Shown: one piece after another, positions 13,123 through 24,480 of the stretch
Position numbering within the stretch: the first letter of the stretch is position 1
Layout: every line of letters starts with the position of its first letter
Assembly: GCA_032718475.1 (NCBI GenBank)
Contig: JAUCBJ010006426.1
Coordinates: 13,498-77,497, forward strand
Length of the DNA stretch: 64,000 nucleotides
From: Nemertoderma westbladi
Taxonomy: Eukaryota; Animalia; Xenacoelomorpha
Reading direction: 5' to 3'
Made by a program: the position numbers and the translations under genes
Notes under the pieces: model-generated
Told to the model about the DNA's origin: nothing
Database searches by the model: none
What the model saw: the letters and a program-made list of their open reading frames with translations, nothing else

Positions 13123-15369
13123 TCAGTTTGTGTGAAATTTCCTGAAACAATTTTGATCTTTATTAAAACATAAGGCAGTTTGGCATTTTTCGCAACTAAC
13201 GAATGTCCTTTTATGACAGTTTGAAAGTTTACACCTCAGTCGCTTTGGTTCATAAGAAGGCCAATGGCCAGTGCAGTCAAGCCTTATATCATCTCTTGGA
13301 AGTGGGGGTTCCCTTTTCCTTGGTTCTGTGGACAATGTACTTGGGCGACCACCTCTTGCACTTGAAATTCGAGATCCAATTCGGCACATCGTCACTCCTA
13401 GACTCTCCCGAAACTCTGTGATGGTCATGTTAGAACTTGGACCATGAACCTTCCTGAACAAGATCCAACTATTGACAATAGTTACATCTATTAGATGGTA
13501 AAACATGCGAAAATACCATTTCTTTGTCTTCATCCTTATTCGGTTTCGACCTAGGAAACTATTATGCAGGTCTACTCCTCCCATAAACCGATTGTACTCA
13601 CGGATTGCAGCAGGCTGTGATACTTCTCTATATTCCCCAGCACTTCTGAAATATCTTCTACATGTTCCAATAGGCATTTCCCCAACATAACTCGATGCCA
13701 CATGTACTGCTTTATTATCATTCCATGCCACTACACTAATATCTACACCTTTCTTTAATTTATCCTGCATCTCACTAACAGTTATATCATCCCCCTCTTT
13801 ACCTGAACCATCTGCACCAACAATTCCTCTTCCACCCCCTCTCATTCTGACGTTTCCTCTACTACCTGCACTTCCGGCTCCAATAATTCCTCTTCCACCC
13901 CCTCTCACTCTGACGTTTCCTCTACCACCTACACCTCCAATTCGAGCAATTCCTCTTCCACCCCCTCTCACTCGAATGTTTCCTCTACCACCTACAACTC
14001 CAATTCCAACAATTCCTCTTCTACCCCCTCTAACTCTGGCATTTCCTCTGACACCTGCACTTGCCGCTCCAACAATTCCTCTACCACCTCTCACTCCAAA
14101 AAAATCGCTATCACATCCACTGTCTCTCTCATCCTGAACTGGCGCAATGTTGGTTACCACTTCGTCTGAATAACCTCTATCTTCCTTTCCGATATCTGCC
14201 ACTGACTTGATTGGAAGTCCAGGAAATCGATTTCTCTGAATTGTCCCAAGCGAGTATATTCCACAGATAGCCAAATATACAAAAAGGCCCAGTGTACTAA
14301 AATAGTTATCGAAATACAATTTATGGTTTTTATTTCTTGGTATACATCTACTAAGACGCATGACTATATTCGCACTAGCCCCAAGATCAGGTTCGCATGT
14401 ATATCTCTTTGGTTGTTCACCTGAATAGATCTCAAATACATATGTAAAGCCACTGATACCACATAGACATAGAAACTTAAATCCCCACTTATGAGGCTTC
14501 TTCGGGTTATACTGTCTCATGAAATGTTTAAACTTGGTTGCACAAATTTGTTCGTCCACGGACAAATACTCCTCACATGGAATTGTTCCAAACATCTTGT
14601 TTAGATGGTCAATAATAGGTCGCAGCCAAAATAAGCGATCATGATTAGGTTCACCCCTGGGAATCATATTAGTCACATCATTAAAATGTAAGAAGCGGCG
14701 AATTTTCTCGAATATATTAACTGGCATTGTGTTAATTATTGTAGCATTGCCCATATAATAACTCCAGTAATGTCTGACATTGTTCAGCGGCATTATTGAC
14801 ATTAAGATGAGTATTCCTAAATATTTTGTGACAAGATTAGGAGTCAAAGAAAATTGTTGATTAACATCAACCTGCCTGGTGTATATATTAGATTCCCAGC
14901 ACATCTTTTCAACAATTTCTTTATTAAAGAAATACGAAAAAAATTGGTATGGTGATTCTAAACAGGTTACCGATTCTGGGAGCACTTCTGGGGAAAATGG
15001 ATTGTCATGCCAGACAATGTGGCCTTCTTCCCATTTTACCTGCGTTGCTATGATGCCCAAGTTTGGTTTGAATTGCCCTTGATCGTTATCTGTCGTTGCT
15101 ATCTGAACGTCCACTTGATCGTTGATAACATTTTGTTCTTGGCTTTGTTGAACTATTTCTGATGTTGAGGTGCTTCTGATCATGGGATTTTCATGATGTT
15201 GATTTCCATAAAATCTTCTCACTGGAATTGAAATTGGAGTTTCAATCTCTGATTCCGATCCGGAATCTGATATATCTAATGAACTGCAACTATAATCCGA
15301 ATCTGCTGATATGACAATGTTTAATTGTTCAATGTCTTCAAGGTCATCTTCTAAAAAAGAATCATCCAT
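13123..15369 (-). CDS. piggyBac transposase, intact 748 aa, with an RGG-rich repeat insertion
   Basis: LSVDEQI, YNPKKPHKWGFK, YFDNYFS, YNRFMGGVDL, C-terminal Cys-rich domain CKLSNC...CEKC..ALC...CFRKFH. Confidence 0.92.
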   Translation of the reverse strand: MDDSFLEDDLEDIEQLNIVISADSDYSCSSLDISDSGSESEIETPISIPVRRFYGNQHHENPMIRSTSTSEIVQQSQEQNVINDQVDVQIATTDNDQGQFKPNLGIIATQVKWEEGHIVWHDNPFSPEVLPESVTCLESPYQFFSYFFNKEIVEKMCWESNIYTRQVDVNQQFSLTPNLVTKYLGILILMSIMPLNNVRHYWSYYMGNATIINTMPVNIFEKIRRFLHFNDVTNMIPRGEPNHDRLFWLRPIIDHLNKMFGTIPCEEYLSVDEQICATKFKHFMRQYNPKKPHKWGFKFLCLCGISGFTYVFEIYSGEQPKRYTCEPDLGASANIVMRLSRCIPRNKNHKLYFDNYFSTLGLFVYLAICGIYSLGTIQRNRFPGLPIKSVADIGKEDRGYSDEVVTNIAPVQDERDSGCDSDFFGVRGGRGIVGAASAGVRGNARVRGGRRGIVGIGVVGGRGNIRVRGGGRGIARIGGVGGRGNVRVRGGGRGIIGAGSAGSRGNVRMRGGGRGIVGADGSGKEGDDITVSEMQDKLKKGVDISVVAWNDNKAVHVASSYVGEMPIGTCRRYFRSAGEYREVSQPAAIREYNRFMGGVDLHNSFLGRNRIRMKTKKWYFRMFYHLIDVTIVNSWILFRKVHGPSSNMTITEFRESLGVTMCRIGSRISSARGGRPSTLSTEPRKREPPLPRDDIRLDCTGHWPSYEPKRLRCKLSNCHKRTFVSCEKCQTALCFNKDQNCFRKFHTN
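13810..14100 (-). repeat. 63-bp (21-aa) in-frame tandem repeat encoding RGN.R.RGG.RGI units
   Basis: tttcctct anchor recurs at 63-bp spacing (~13852, 13915, 13978, 14041). Confidence 0.9.
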
Positions 15370-16972
15370 TTTACATTTTGCTTTTACATATCATGTCACA
15401 CATACAAATTACACATCAATTCCATATTACAGTTAAAGTAAGCCAAATCTCTAAACAACATGTATAATTATTGAAGACATTCAACTAAATCTATAACATG
15501 TATGTACATACAATCGAATAATTACCAGTTCACATAAATTCCACACAAAATGTGAAGTTATACAATAAATTGTTCAAACTAATAAAATTAAAATAACACT
15601 ATATTATTAATGTAATTTTAGAAGATATTGACAAACTGTTGTCTAGTGCAGTAGATTCATAAAAGATTTAAAACAGAAAAGAAAATGGATAAATGAAAGA
15701 CTGATTGAAATATACAATAGTCTGACTATAAGTAGCTGGATTCAGGCAGACAGGTAGAGTAAACGATGTTGGTGTTCCATTTGTGGCACGCTATGCAGTG
15801 AACACGTAAACATTTCTTTAAGTCTCTATTGCACACTGTGCCATATATGGAACACATGTATTTTTCACTGTAATGGACAAATTCTAAACTTTTACAATAA
15901 TTTTGCATTTTTGGGTTATAAAGCGATAATTTGTTTACTAGAAAATAGTTTTTTTAACCACCACTGGCATATACATCGAAAATTACAACTCATTGAAAAC
16001 TGTCAATTTTTGAAATTATCAATTTTAGACCTGGCCCGTTCTAAAGCATTATAAAAGTAATTCACACGCCATCTTGTGTACAGATTGTGTTTCAACTGCA
16101 AGAATATAGAATTCAAGACATGTCCACCAAAGATTAGGATATTATGAGCAGGTTTCCATTCTGTAGAATTAAAAATAATAGGTGTTCCATATATGGCACA
16201 GCATGCATGGAAGGGTTAATACTAGGTAGGTATTAGGTAGGCCTATCTGCCTAGGCCTATACCAACATAGACAACAATAATAGGCCTAGTCTAGCCTAGC
16301 TAGACGGTCATTGAGGGGTTTTGGTTTCGGGGACTGCGCAGGCCTATATGGGGAGAAGGACTGGTGGACGAATTCTAAACTCCACTCCGACCAAGAAACT
16401 GCTGCCTGCATTACAATTATTTTTCTGTCATGTTTGTGCCATTTCATCCTAAACCAATATTGAATAAGTATTAATAAGTTAAACCCACGTTCGTTGTGAC
16501 CCTGTCCAATAGTGATAATTGTATTAATATAATTCAATTATTTTATTAAATTATTTTCCAATAATAGGCCTAGTTGAAATAAATGTATACATATCCAGCA
16601 CCAGTATTACCGGTATGGTGAAATGAAAAAAATACATTTTAATATTGAAAAAGAAGGAGCAAAGCTATCAAAATTTTTATGGCAAAATATTTTTCTCACT
16701 TTGCATGCACTTCATGACTTTTGATCTTTTGCAAAGATTACTGAGCACTTTCAGTGTTTTTTACACAATTCTGCATAGGCCTATGTTTATTTCAATTCCA
16801 CTCACAGCACTATTGACTATTTCAAATCCGTGCACAATGTGTTGCAGTTTTTGCATTCCATTTTCAGCCTGGTATAGGCATAGACTATACTACAGTACTA
16901 CATACCAGTAGTATACTAATTAAGATATAAGTAAGTTAAACCCTAGTAAATTTACATTCCCTATGCTATAGG

Positions 16973-17326
16973 CAGTTACGGACAGTTGCCTATATAGGCA
17001 TCAATAGACATTTCCTATTTAGGCAACATTTACAATGTAGTGTTGCCTTTATAGGTAATAGTGATGTATCTTTACTGCCTAATTAGGCAACATGTGACGG
17101 TCAGTGTTATAGATTATATTTTTTAAAATAAAGAATTAATTTGGCGCTGAATATTATTGTTACTTTAATAAATACAACAAGGTATAGCCCTGTAATTGAT
17201 ACTGGAACCAATTTTATTTACCTGTTTGTCTGGACGCAATGGTGTCTTTTTGTGAGGTGATGTCACTCATGTTGCCTAAATAGGGAACCTCAAAAAATTG
17301 GTTTGTGATGCCTATTTAGGCAACTA
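16973..17326 (+). repeat. Left TIR (~354 bp)
   Basis: Reverse complement of 28198-28551 apart from a few substitutions and small indels. Confidence 0.93.
16989..17320. promoter_or_regulatory. Six CArG boxes CC(A/T)6GG in the left TIR
   Basis: CCTATATAGG 16989, CCTATTTAGG 17014, CCTTTATAGG 17046, CCTAATTAGG 17078, CCTAAATAGG 17275, CCTATTTAGG 17311, mostly within a GTTG-CArG-CAAC-like palindrome; the motifs are seen directly, their function is inferred. Confidence 0.75.
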
Positions 17327-17838
17327 CATACAGACATATACATACTGATATACTTTGATTATAAGAAAACGTTTTGGAGGATTGAGCTCAGTCAATCATT
17401 TTATCTTTTTTTACTCTGTTACCGATTTCAGGATTTAATTTCTTTTAATTTACTTCCAGTACCTATACTCTTAAGACTGTCATGTCATAGTGGGGATTCA
17501 TATTGCGTAGTAGGCCTACAGTTGTAGCAGAGCAGCGCAGCAGTAGGTATGCCATGTCAAGATACTAGTAGTTATTATTTAGGCTGCTTTTAAGGCTCAG
17601 ATTGGCAGATTGTTTCTATTTCGAATTTTTAATAATTGAGTCTGAGCGTTTCTGTATTTAGTATTGTGAAATTTTATACCTTCACTAATTCAGTCAATAT
17701 AGGCTAGGCGACTTCATTTCATTGCAAGTGATCAAAGACATATATGTAGTTGCTATTCAGTCTTAAATCAGTTAGTATATACTGGATATTATATAGTGAT
17801 TAGAGTACAGCCTTTGATACTGCCGACAGCCAGACTGC

Positions 17839-20800
17839 TTGGCGCCAAACAAAGGAGTAGAAACCGGATTGTGGGCCGCCACTATCCCTCGAAGAGGAAT
17901 GCCGTGTTGCAGGTGCGGCATCAACAGCACTTGCGTGCGGGGCTGCGCCTGTGTAAAGGCCAAGATAGACTGCCTGAACTGCGTTCCCGGTAAGCGGAGA
18001 CGGTGCCGAAACGGCGGGACCGATTCACCGATCAGCCAATCCCAACCCACCCCGACCAGCGATGGACTACGAGACTTGGTTTCACCCATTTCGTTCTCCC
18101 AGCCAACAGCTACAGAGTCGGGGGGGAGGGACGAGTCCTTCGACGAGACTTTGGTGGTGGAATTGTCGGACAGCGATGGTTCTTTCCATTCGCTCAGCGA
18201 CACATTGGTGTCACGTAGTTCTGTGTCCGAGGTCAGTCTATCAGCCTCAACGACTCCAGAAGTCGGACTGTCGGGTCCAGATGTGCTCATGGGTCAGGGG
18301 AACCCCGTTTCGCCAACCATTGATGCCGCCTCCCTGGACTGCGCCTCCGGTGTAGCCCCTACGGTGTCCAGTGCTGCCCCCCTTACCCCAACAGTGTCCG
18401 GTGTTGCCCCCCTCACCCATATGGTGTCCGGTGTTGCCCCACTCTCCACAACGGTGTCCGGTGTTGCCTCCCTAGATCTCACGCATACGGTGTCCGGGGT
18501 CGCCCCTACGGTGGCTGGTGTCGCCGCCCTCACCCCTACGGTGTCCGGTGTTGCCCCACTCACCACAACGGTGTCCGGGGTTGCCCCCCTCGATCTCACC
18601 CCTATGGTGTCCGGGGTCGCCCCTACGGTGTCCGGTGTCGCCCCTATGGTGTCCGGTGTTGCTCCCCTCGCCCCTACGGTGTCCGGTGTTGCCACCCTCG
18701 CCCCAAATGTGTCTGGTGTTGCCCCCCTCGCCCAAACGGTGTCTGGTGCTGCCCCCCGGGCCCCCATGGTGTCTGGTGGCTCCCCCCTTGCCCCTATGGT
18801 GTCCGGGGTCTCCCCCCTCGCCCCAATGGTGTCCGGTGTTGCCCCCCTCGCCCCTATGGTGTCTGGTGCGCCACTGGTAGCCACAGCAACGCGACCACGC
18901 GGAACTACGCAGCCGCTGAGTGCCACAACGCCAATAGCTGCCCCAATCCCGCCAACGAACGCCAACTCCAACAGAATAGTTTCATGGGGCAATGTAAGGC
19001 TACCTTTACTTCAGTTGGAGACCTCGATCAATGGCGTCTACGACGTCATTGTTCACTGGCGACCCAATCTATTTTTGGTTCCACAGGGTATGGTCGGGCG
19101 CGATTTTGTGGCAGGAATGTCCAATCTTCTGTCACTAGTGACGACGGGGAACCCTCTGCAGTCGTTTGCGCTGAAGGCGTTGATGGCAGCCCCGGCTTTG
19201 TTGCTCCAGAAACCAAGCCGCGCATCAACAACGGCGACACACCGGCGGGTTCTAGAATGCCGGCTGGAAAGTTGGAAACGCGGCGAATTCGGTGAACTCC
19301 TCGTGGAAGCCAGAGCAATTCAGGCGCACCTCCCCAAGCAACGTTTCCGAGCCGATTCTCAGAACGTTGCCATGCAGAAAGCGTTTGTGCGTCACATGCT
19401 GGTGGGAAACGTGTCTGCGGCGACAAGGAGTCTCAGCGACCTGAACCAGGGGAAACCGCTGAAGTTGGACGATACTTTCGTGGACAAAGACGGAACGACG
19501 AAGATTGTCCGCGATGTTCTGCGGGAGAAACACCCGGCCGCGAAACCCGCCGATGAATCCATTCTCCTCACAGAGTTCGTTGGAGCCCCAGAGTACCACA
19601 GCGTGATATTTGAGCGCCTGAATGGACAGCTCATCTTGTCCAGTCTTCTAAGGATGCGTGGAAACGCTTCGGGACCTTCGGGGTTGGACGTCCAGGGATG
19701 GAAACATCTCCTGACGAGGTTCCGGAATCAATCAACGGAGCTCTGTGACCGAATCGCCGATTTGGGGAAACTCATATCGCAGACTGTTCTTCCTCCAGGA
19801 ATTCTTACACCGTTTCTGTCCGCCCGACTGCTAGCGCTTGATAAGAACCCCGGAGTCCGTCCCATCGGGATAGGCGAGGTTATCCGCCTGGTGGTCGTCA
19901 AGGCGGCGATGACCTGTATCCGCGGGGATCTACAGGAGGTGGGCGGCCAGAAGGCCGGCATCGAGTCCGCCATCCACTCGCTGAACGACGTGTTCGCCAC
20001 GGACAATGGCGACGCCGTCCTCCAGATCGACGCCACAAATGCGTTCAACGCGCTGAACCGCGAGGCGGCGCTGCAAAACATCCGGCTGGTCTGCCCCGCG
20101 CTTCACACCATCGTAGTGAATTGCTACGACCAGCCGTCGTGTTTGTTCGTGGGGGGCGAGACGATGTTCTCGGAGGAGGGCTCGACGCAGGGCGACCCGG
20201 TGGCGATGCCGATGTTTGGCGTCGGTCTCGTCCCGTTACTCGCCGAGCTTATGCGCGCCTGTACTGTCGTTCAGAAGTGGTACGCGGACGACGGGAATGC
20301 CGTGGGGAAACTCAAGGAACTCCAGAAGTTCTGGGACGTGGTGTCAGTGAGGGGGCCTCTCTACGGGTACTACCCGACTAAGTGCTGCCTCACCGTCAAG
20401 CCGGAGAAGTTGGAGGAGGCGAAGGAGATTTTCGCGGACACCGGCGTTGCCATCGACACGGTGGGGAACAAACTCCTCGGCGGAGTAATCGGGACCGAGG
20501 AGTTCCAGCGCGAGTACACCGAGCGGAAGGTGGAGGAGTTTGCCGCCGACGTGGATCGCCTCGCCACCATCGCCGCAGTCGACCCGCACTGCGCGTACGC
20601 CGGCCTCGCCTTCGGTCTCTCCTGCCGGTGGCGGTTCTTGGCGCGCGTCGTCCCGGGGGCCACGGATTCTTTTGGGAAGTTGGAGGAGGCCGTGGAACAG
20701 TGCCTCTGCCGGATCATTGACCGGCCGGCGGTATCGGCGACGGAACGCGAGTTGCTGTCGCTACCGCTTCGGGATGGTGGGCTGGGGATCCCGGTTCCCG

Positions 20801-21791
20801 AGGATCTACGACCCCAATACGAGAAATACTGCGACCCGTTCATCTCCATGGAGGGCGAGTCAATGGTGGCAGTTAGGGAAGAGCAGACGCACGTAGCGAA
20901 GTTAGTTGCAGCCTCCTCCTCTGTTGTAGCGAAAGCTAAAAAGGAGGAGGTTTATGACAAATTAAGTAGTGAAATGCACAATTTGTGCGGACTAACTACT
21001 GAGAAAGGTGCGTCTGCCTGGCTAAATACCAAACCCTTAACGTTACACGACACTCACCTGTCCAAGGAAGAGTTCCGTGATGCAGTTTGTCTCCGGTACG
21101 GTTGGTCGCCAAGAAATCTTCCCTCTCGTTGTGTCTGTGGGTCGCGATTTTCTCCTTCCCACGTTCTGTCGTGTCCCACTGGGGGGTTCCCCTCAATCAG
21201 ACATAACGAGATCCGCGATTTCATCGCCGACTCCCTGACTGAGGTGGCCCACAACGTGGCTGTCGAGCCGATGCTCCAGCCGCTGACGGGGGAGTCCTTC
21301 ACTCTCCGGTCCACCTCGACGGACCAGCAGGCGAGACTCGACGTGTCGGTAAGCGGATTCTGGGGCAACTGCTTCCAGAAGATGTTTATCGCGTGTCGGT
21401 GTTCAACCCGCTGGCGGACACCAACGCAGCGATGTCGCTGGACGCCGCCCACCTCCATCACGAGGCGAGGAAGATCCGGAGATACGAGGAGCGGATCCGT
21501 GAGGTTGAGCACTCAACCTTCACCCCCCTCATATTTTCCGCTTTCGGGGGCATGGCGCCGGCTGCGAAGCAGTTTGTCAAGTGGCTGGCGTTGAGGCTGT
21601 CGGAGAAACGACAGGTTCCCTACCCGGAGTCAGTAGTGTGGGTGCGGCGATGCATCAATTTCGCCTTACTCCGGTCGTCCCTGATGTGCCTCCGTGGGTT
21701 TCGGTCGGCCGCTAGAAGACCGGTGCGGGCAGCGGTGGCGGACGCGTCCATTGTGTGGGCGAACGCGGACTCGGACCCCGGGATGGCTTAG
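17839..21791 (+). pseudogene. CRE-like single ORF: N-terminal Cys cluster, VSGVAP repeats, RT, zinc knuckle, RLE; one frameshift near 21390
   Basis: CCRC...C...CAC...CLNC, PGVRPIGIGE, DATNAFN, EGSTQGDP, WYADD, CVCG...HVLSC, RHNEIRD, RLDV..GFW; continues as VFNP...KIRRYE...FTPLIFSAFGG in ORF 21393-21791. Confidence 0.9.
18340..18870 (+). repeat. In-frame 21-36-bp tandem repeat (T/MVSGVAPL) inside the CRE ORF
   Basis: Many copies of ggtgtccggtgttgcccc. Confidence 0.9.
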
Positions 21792-22110
21792 ATGTTAGAG
21801 GTCTGGCGGGTTTGTTGGGTACTGGCAGTGGCAGACTGGTGATGGGTACTGAACCAATTTGTATGGTTTGTATTGTTGCTAGGTAACAGTTTGAATCAGC
21901 TGGTGGTGGGTTATATTTGTACTTGTTTTGGTGCGTTTTTATATTCGAATTATTGTTTGTTAATATTATAATATATGGAGGCTTTTGAGTAAAAAAAAAA
22001 AAAAAATATACTGTATTAATACATTTATCTCACCATCCAACTGTATATTACACACTATAGTTAGTCAGTCACATACTGTATTTAACCTAAATATATATAA
22101 CCTAAACTAA

Positions 22111-23800
22111 ATGGAATTCGAAATTGGGAGCGATACCGATGATGATTGTAATGATTCTGGCCTGATGTTGATGAATAGATTGTGGCAAAATACACTACCC
22201 GAACTTAATATACCGCCGCACTACTACCCAGTTGATCCACAACCCAAAACACCTCCATTATCCAACTGTGATATCCCATCTACGATTCTATTGGATTTCG
22301 ATGACGAAAGTAAAGATAAATCCTGGTTTCCTGTGAGGAATGATGGCAAGGGCATGTGTAGGGGTGGTTATGGTGTTGGACATGGTGGTTGTGACGGAGG
22401 AGGGGACAATGACATTGGGGTTATCACAGGGGGCATTGAGGGTAGGCCTATTGTAGTTGGTGCAGAAGGTATTTGGGGAGGTGATATTGGGGACACAGTA
22501 GTTGGAACTAACGTCATTGGGGGTGTTATTGGCAATGGGGAAATAGTAGTTGGAACTGCTGAGGACATTGGGGGTGATATTGAGAATATAGTAGTTGGAA
22601 CTGAGGACATTGGGGGTGATATTGAGAATATAGTAGTTGGAACTGAGGACATTGTTGGTGATATTGAGAATATAGTAGTTGGTACTGAGGACATTGTTGG
22701 TGATATTGAGAATATAGTAGTTGGTACTGAGGGTATTGGGGGTGACGTTGGGGACATTGTAGTTAGCGCTGAGGGCTTTGGGGGTGAGATTGGAAGTGGG
22801 GCTGAGAACATCGGACATAAAAAGAGAAAACTGAAATGCAAGACACAGGATCAACTGACTTTCAGTGCTGATAAAAAGCGCAATAGAGATTCAACTCTTT
22901 ATAAACGAAAGTCAACCTTAAAATCTAAGTCTGATGATTTGGATATTACGACTCAAGTAAAAACAGACTTAATTTTTATGACCTCAAAGATTTCAAAGAC
23001 AACCAAAAAGGAAGTTTTCCATTTAGAATTTTATTCTTCGCATGATAAACACGCTACCAATACAAGTATTACAAGTCTTCTTTCTGGCCTAAATCTTCCC
23101 CTATCTACTATTGGCAAACAAGAGTTCTCAACTAAGGGAGAGGCACGACAGGCTGTGGGCCGCATACTTATGGGAGATGAGTCTGCAGGCTATGGTGGCG
23201 GTGGAACTGCATGTGATTCGCATGTGGATGCACCACAGCCACTAGTCACACCAACAAAGGCGCCATATAGTGCAATGCCACGTGTGTTTCCTATTCCATC
23301 CCAAGTATGTAGGATTTGTGGGGTACTTAGTGGAGGAGAACGGGATATGGGAGGCTTGTGGTTTGGATGCCGTGGTATTGAAGGTAAATGTTCTGCATGG
23401 GCACACGCCACTTGTCTTGGTGTTGGAAAAAATACAACAGCTATTACGGATAAATTGGAATGGAACTGTGCTGTTCATTTATCAGGGATCAGCACAACAC
23501 AAAGCCGTGTTACACAGGTAATATCTAATAATCACGAACAAATGTGTCGGATCTGTGGGCGTCAGTATGGTGTCATTGTGGACATCGCTGGCCTTTGGCT
23601 AGGTTGTCAGGGGGGGTGATAGCGTCTTTAAACAGTGGGTCCATGCCCACTGCTTAGGTTTTCCAACTTTACGGAAAGGGAGTGAAACAGAAAAATCATT
23701 AGTGTGGGAATGCAAAGAACTCTCGAAATTACCTAATGTCCCTGTTTTAACCAAGAGAGGTAGAGGTCATCCTGCAAAAAGACAAATAAATAATTTGTAA
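22111..23800 (+). CDS. Transposon accessory protein: acidic/Gly repeats, MADS-box-like domain, two PHD fingers, AT-hook-like motif (frameshift in the G run near 23610)
   Basis: KKRNRDSTLYKRKSTLKSKSDDLDITTQVKTDLIF...HLEFYSS aligns by eye with SRF/MEF2 RRYTTFSKRKTGIMKKAYELSTLTGTQVLLLV / KLFQYAS; PHD1 CRIC..WFGC..C..WAHATC..WNC..H; PHD2 CRIC..WLGC|QWVHAHCLG..WEC; KRGRGHP before the stop at 23800. Confidence 0.75.
22480..22790 (+). repeat. 39-bp (13-aa) in-frame repeat GGDIENIVVGTED
   Basis: Repeats of gatattgagaatatagtagttggaactgaggacatt. Confidence 0.9.
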
Positions 23801-24480
23801 TCAACTAATTGAGTTTTATAGTTTAATATATAGGCCTACTTGTTGATTTTAAAACATTATTTACCTTTGTAACCTCACTATGCAATGATTTAAATGCAAT
23901 AGTTAAGAATTTAATCAGTGAATCATACTTTTAATATTTTGTTTATCTTAAACTCAATTTAAGTATCAAACTCAATTCGAGACAGGGGAGCTGGGAGGGA
24001 CTTGACACAAATCACACCTCGATGAATTAAATATATAATCTCGGCAAATTAGCAATGTTAATTATCAATTAAGGGAAAGGAGCAGGTTACAGTGGTATGC
24101 TATTCTACAATAAACGAAAGTCAATAGCAAAGGCTACAGTGGCATATTATTCTAACCAAAACAATAAATTAAATACATATATTCAGGTTACAGTTTCATT
24201 TTTGAGAGTAACCATCTATGAGTTGCTTTGAATTTCCCCAGGGGAAGGATGAATTTTATTTTAATTGTGTCAAGAGTAACCCACCCCCCCCCCCCCCCCA
24301 CAACCCCATCTGCTCAATTCCAACTGATCATAACAACATTCAATAGGTGATTAGGCTAGGTGATGTATAAGATTTAATCAGTTTCATAATCACTAGAATT
24401 ACTTGTATCCGTTTCATTACAGTCCAAGAGAGGCGGGAGTGAAGAGACAGTTTCAGTATAATCCTCTAAATATTTATTTA

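Larger units (their letters stand above)
12804..16215 (-). mobile_element. Full-length piggyBac element
   Basis: 14-bp TIR CCCTTCCATGCATG at both ends; TTAA at 16216 (left flank reads TTAAAA); subterminal gtgcca.atatggcac-type palindromes. Confidence 0.9.
17785..22005 (+). mobile_element. CRE-clade-like non-LTR retrotransposon (RT plus restriction-like endonuclease), near full length
   Basis: Poly-A 21991-22006; putative 8-bp TSD ATATACTG (17777-84, 22006-13); GC-rich relative to its flanks. Confidence 0.85.

Noticed and set aside
17772-21512. Numerous antisense and alternative-frame ORFs over the CRE element (similarly 22288-22854 and 44350-44785)
   Set aside because: Shadows of GC-rich or repetitive coding sequence; no independent domains
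22111-23800. Host SRF or MEF2 gene
   Set aside because: Far too divergent from the highly conserved animal MADS box, intronless, fused to PHD fingers and enclosed by TIRs; no gene symbol assigned
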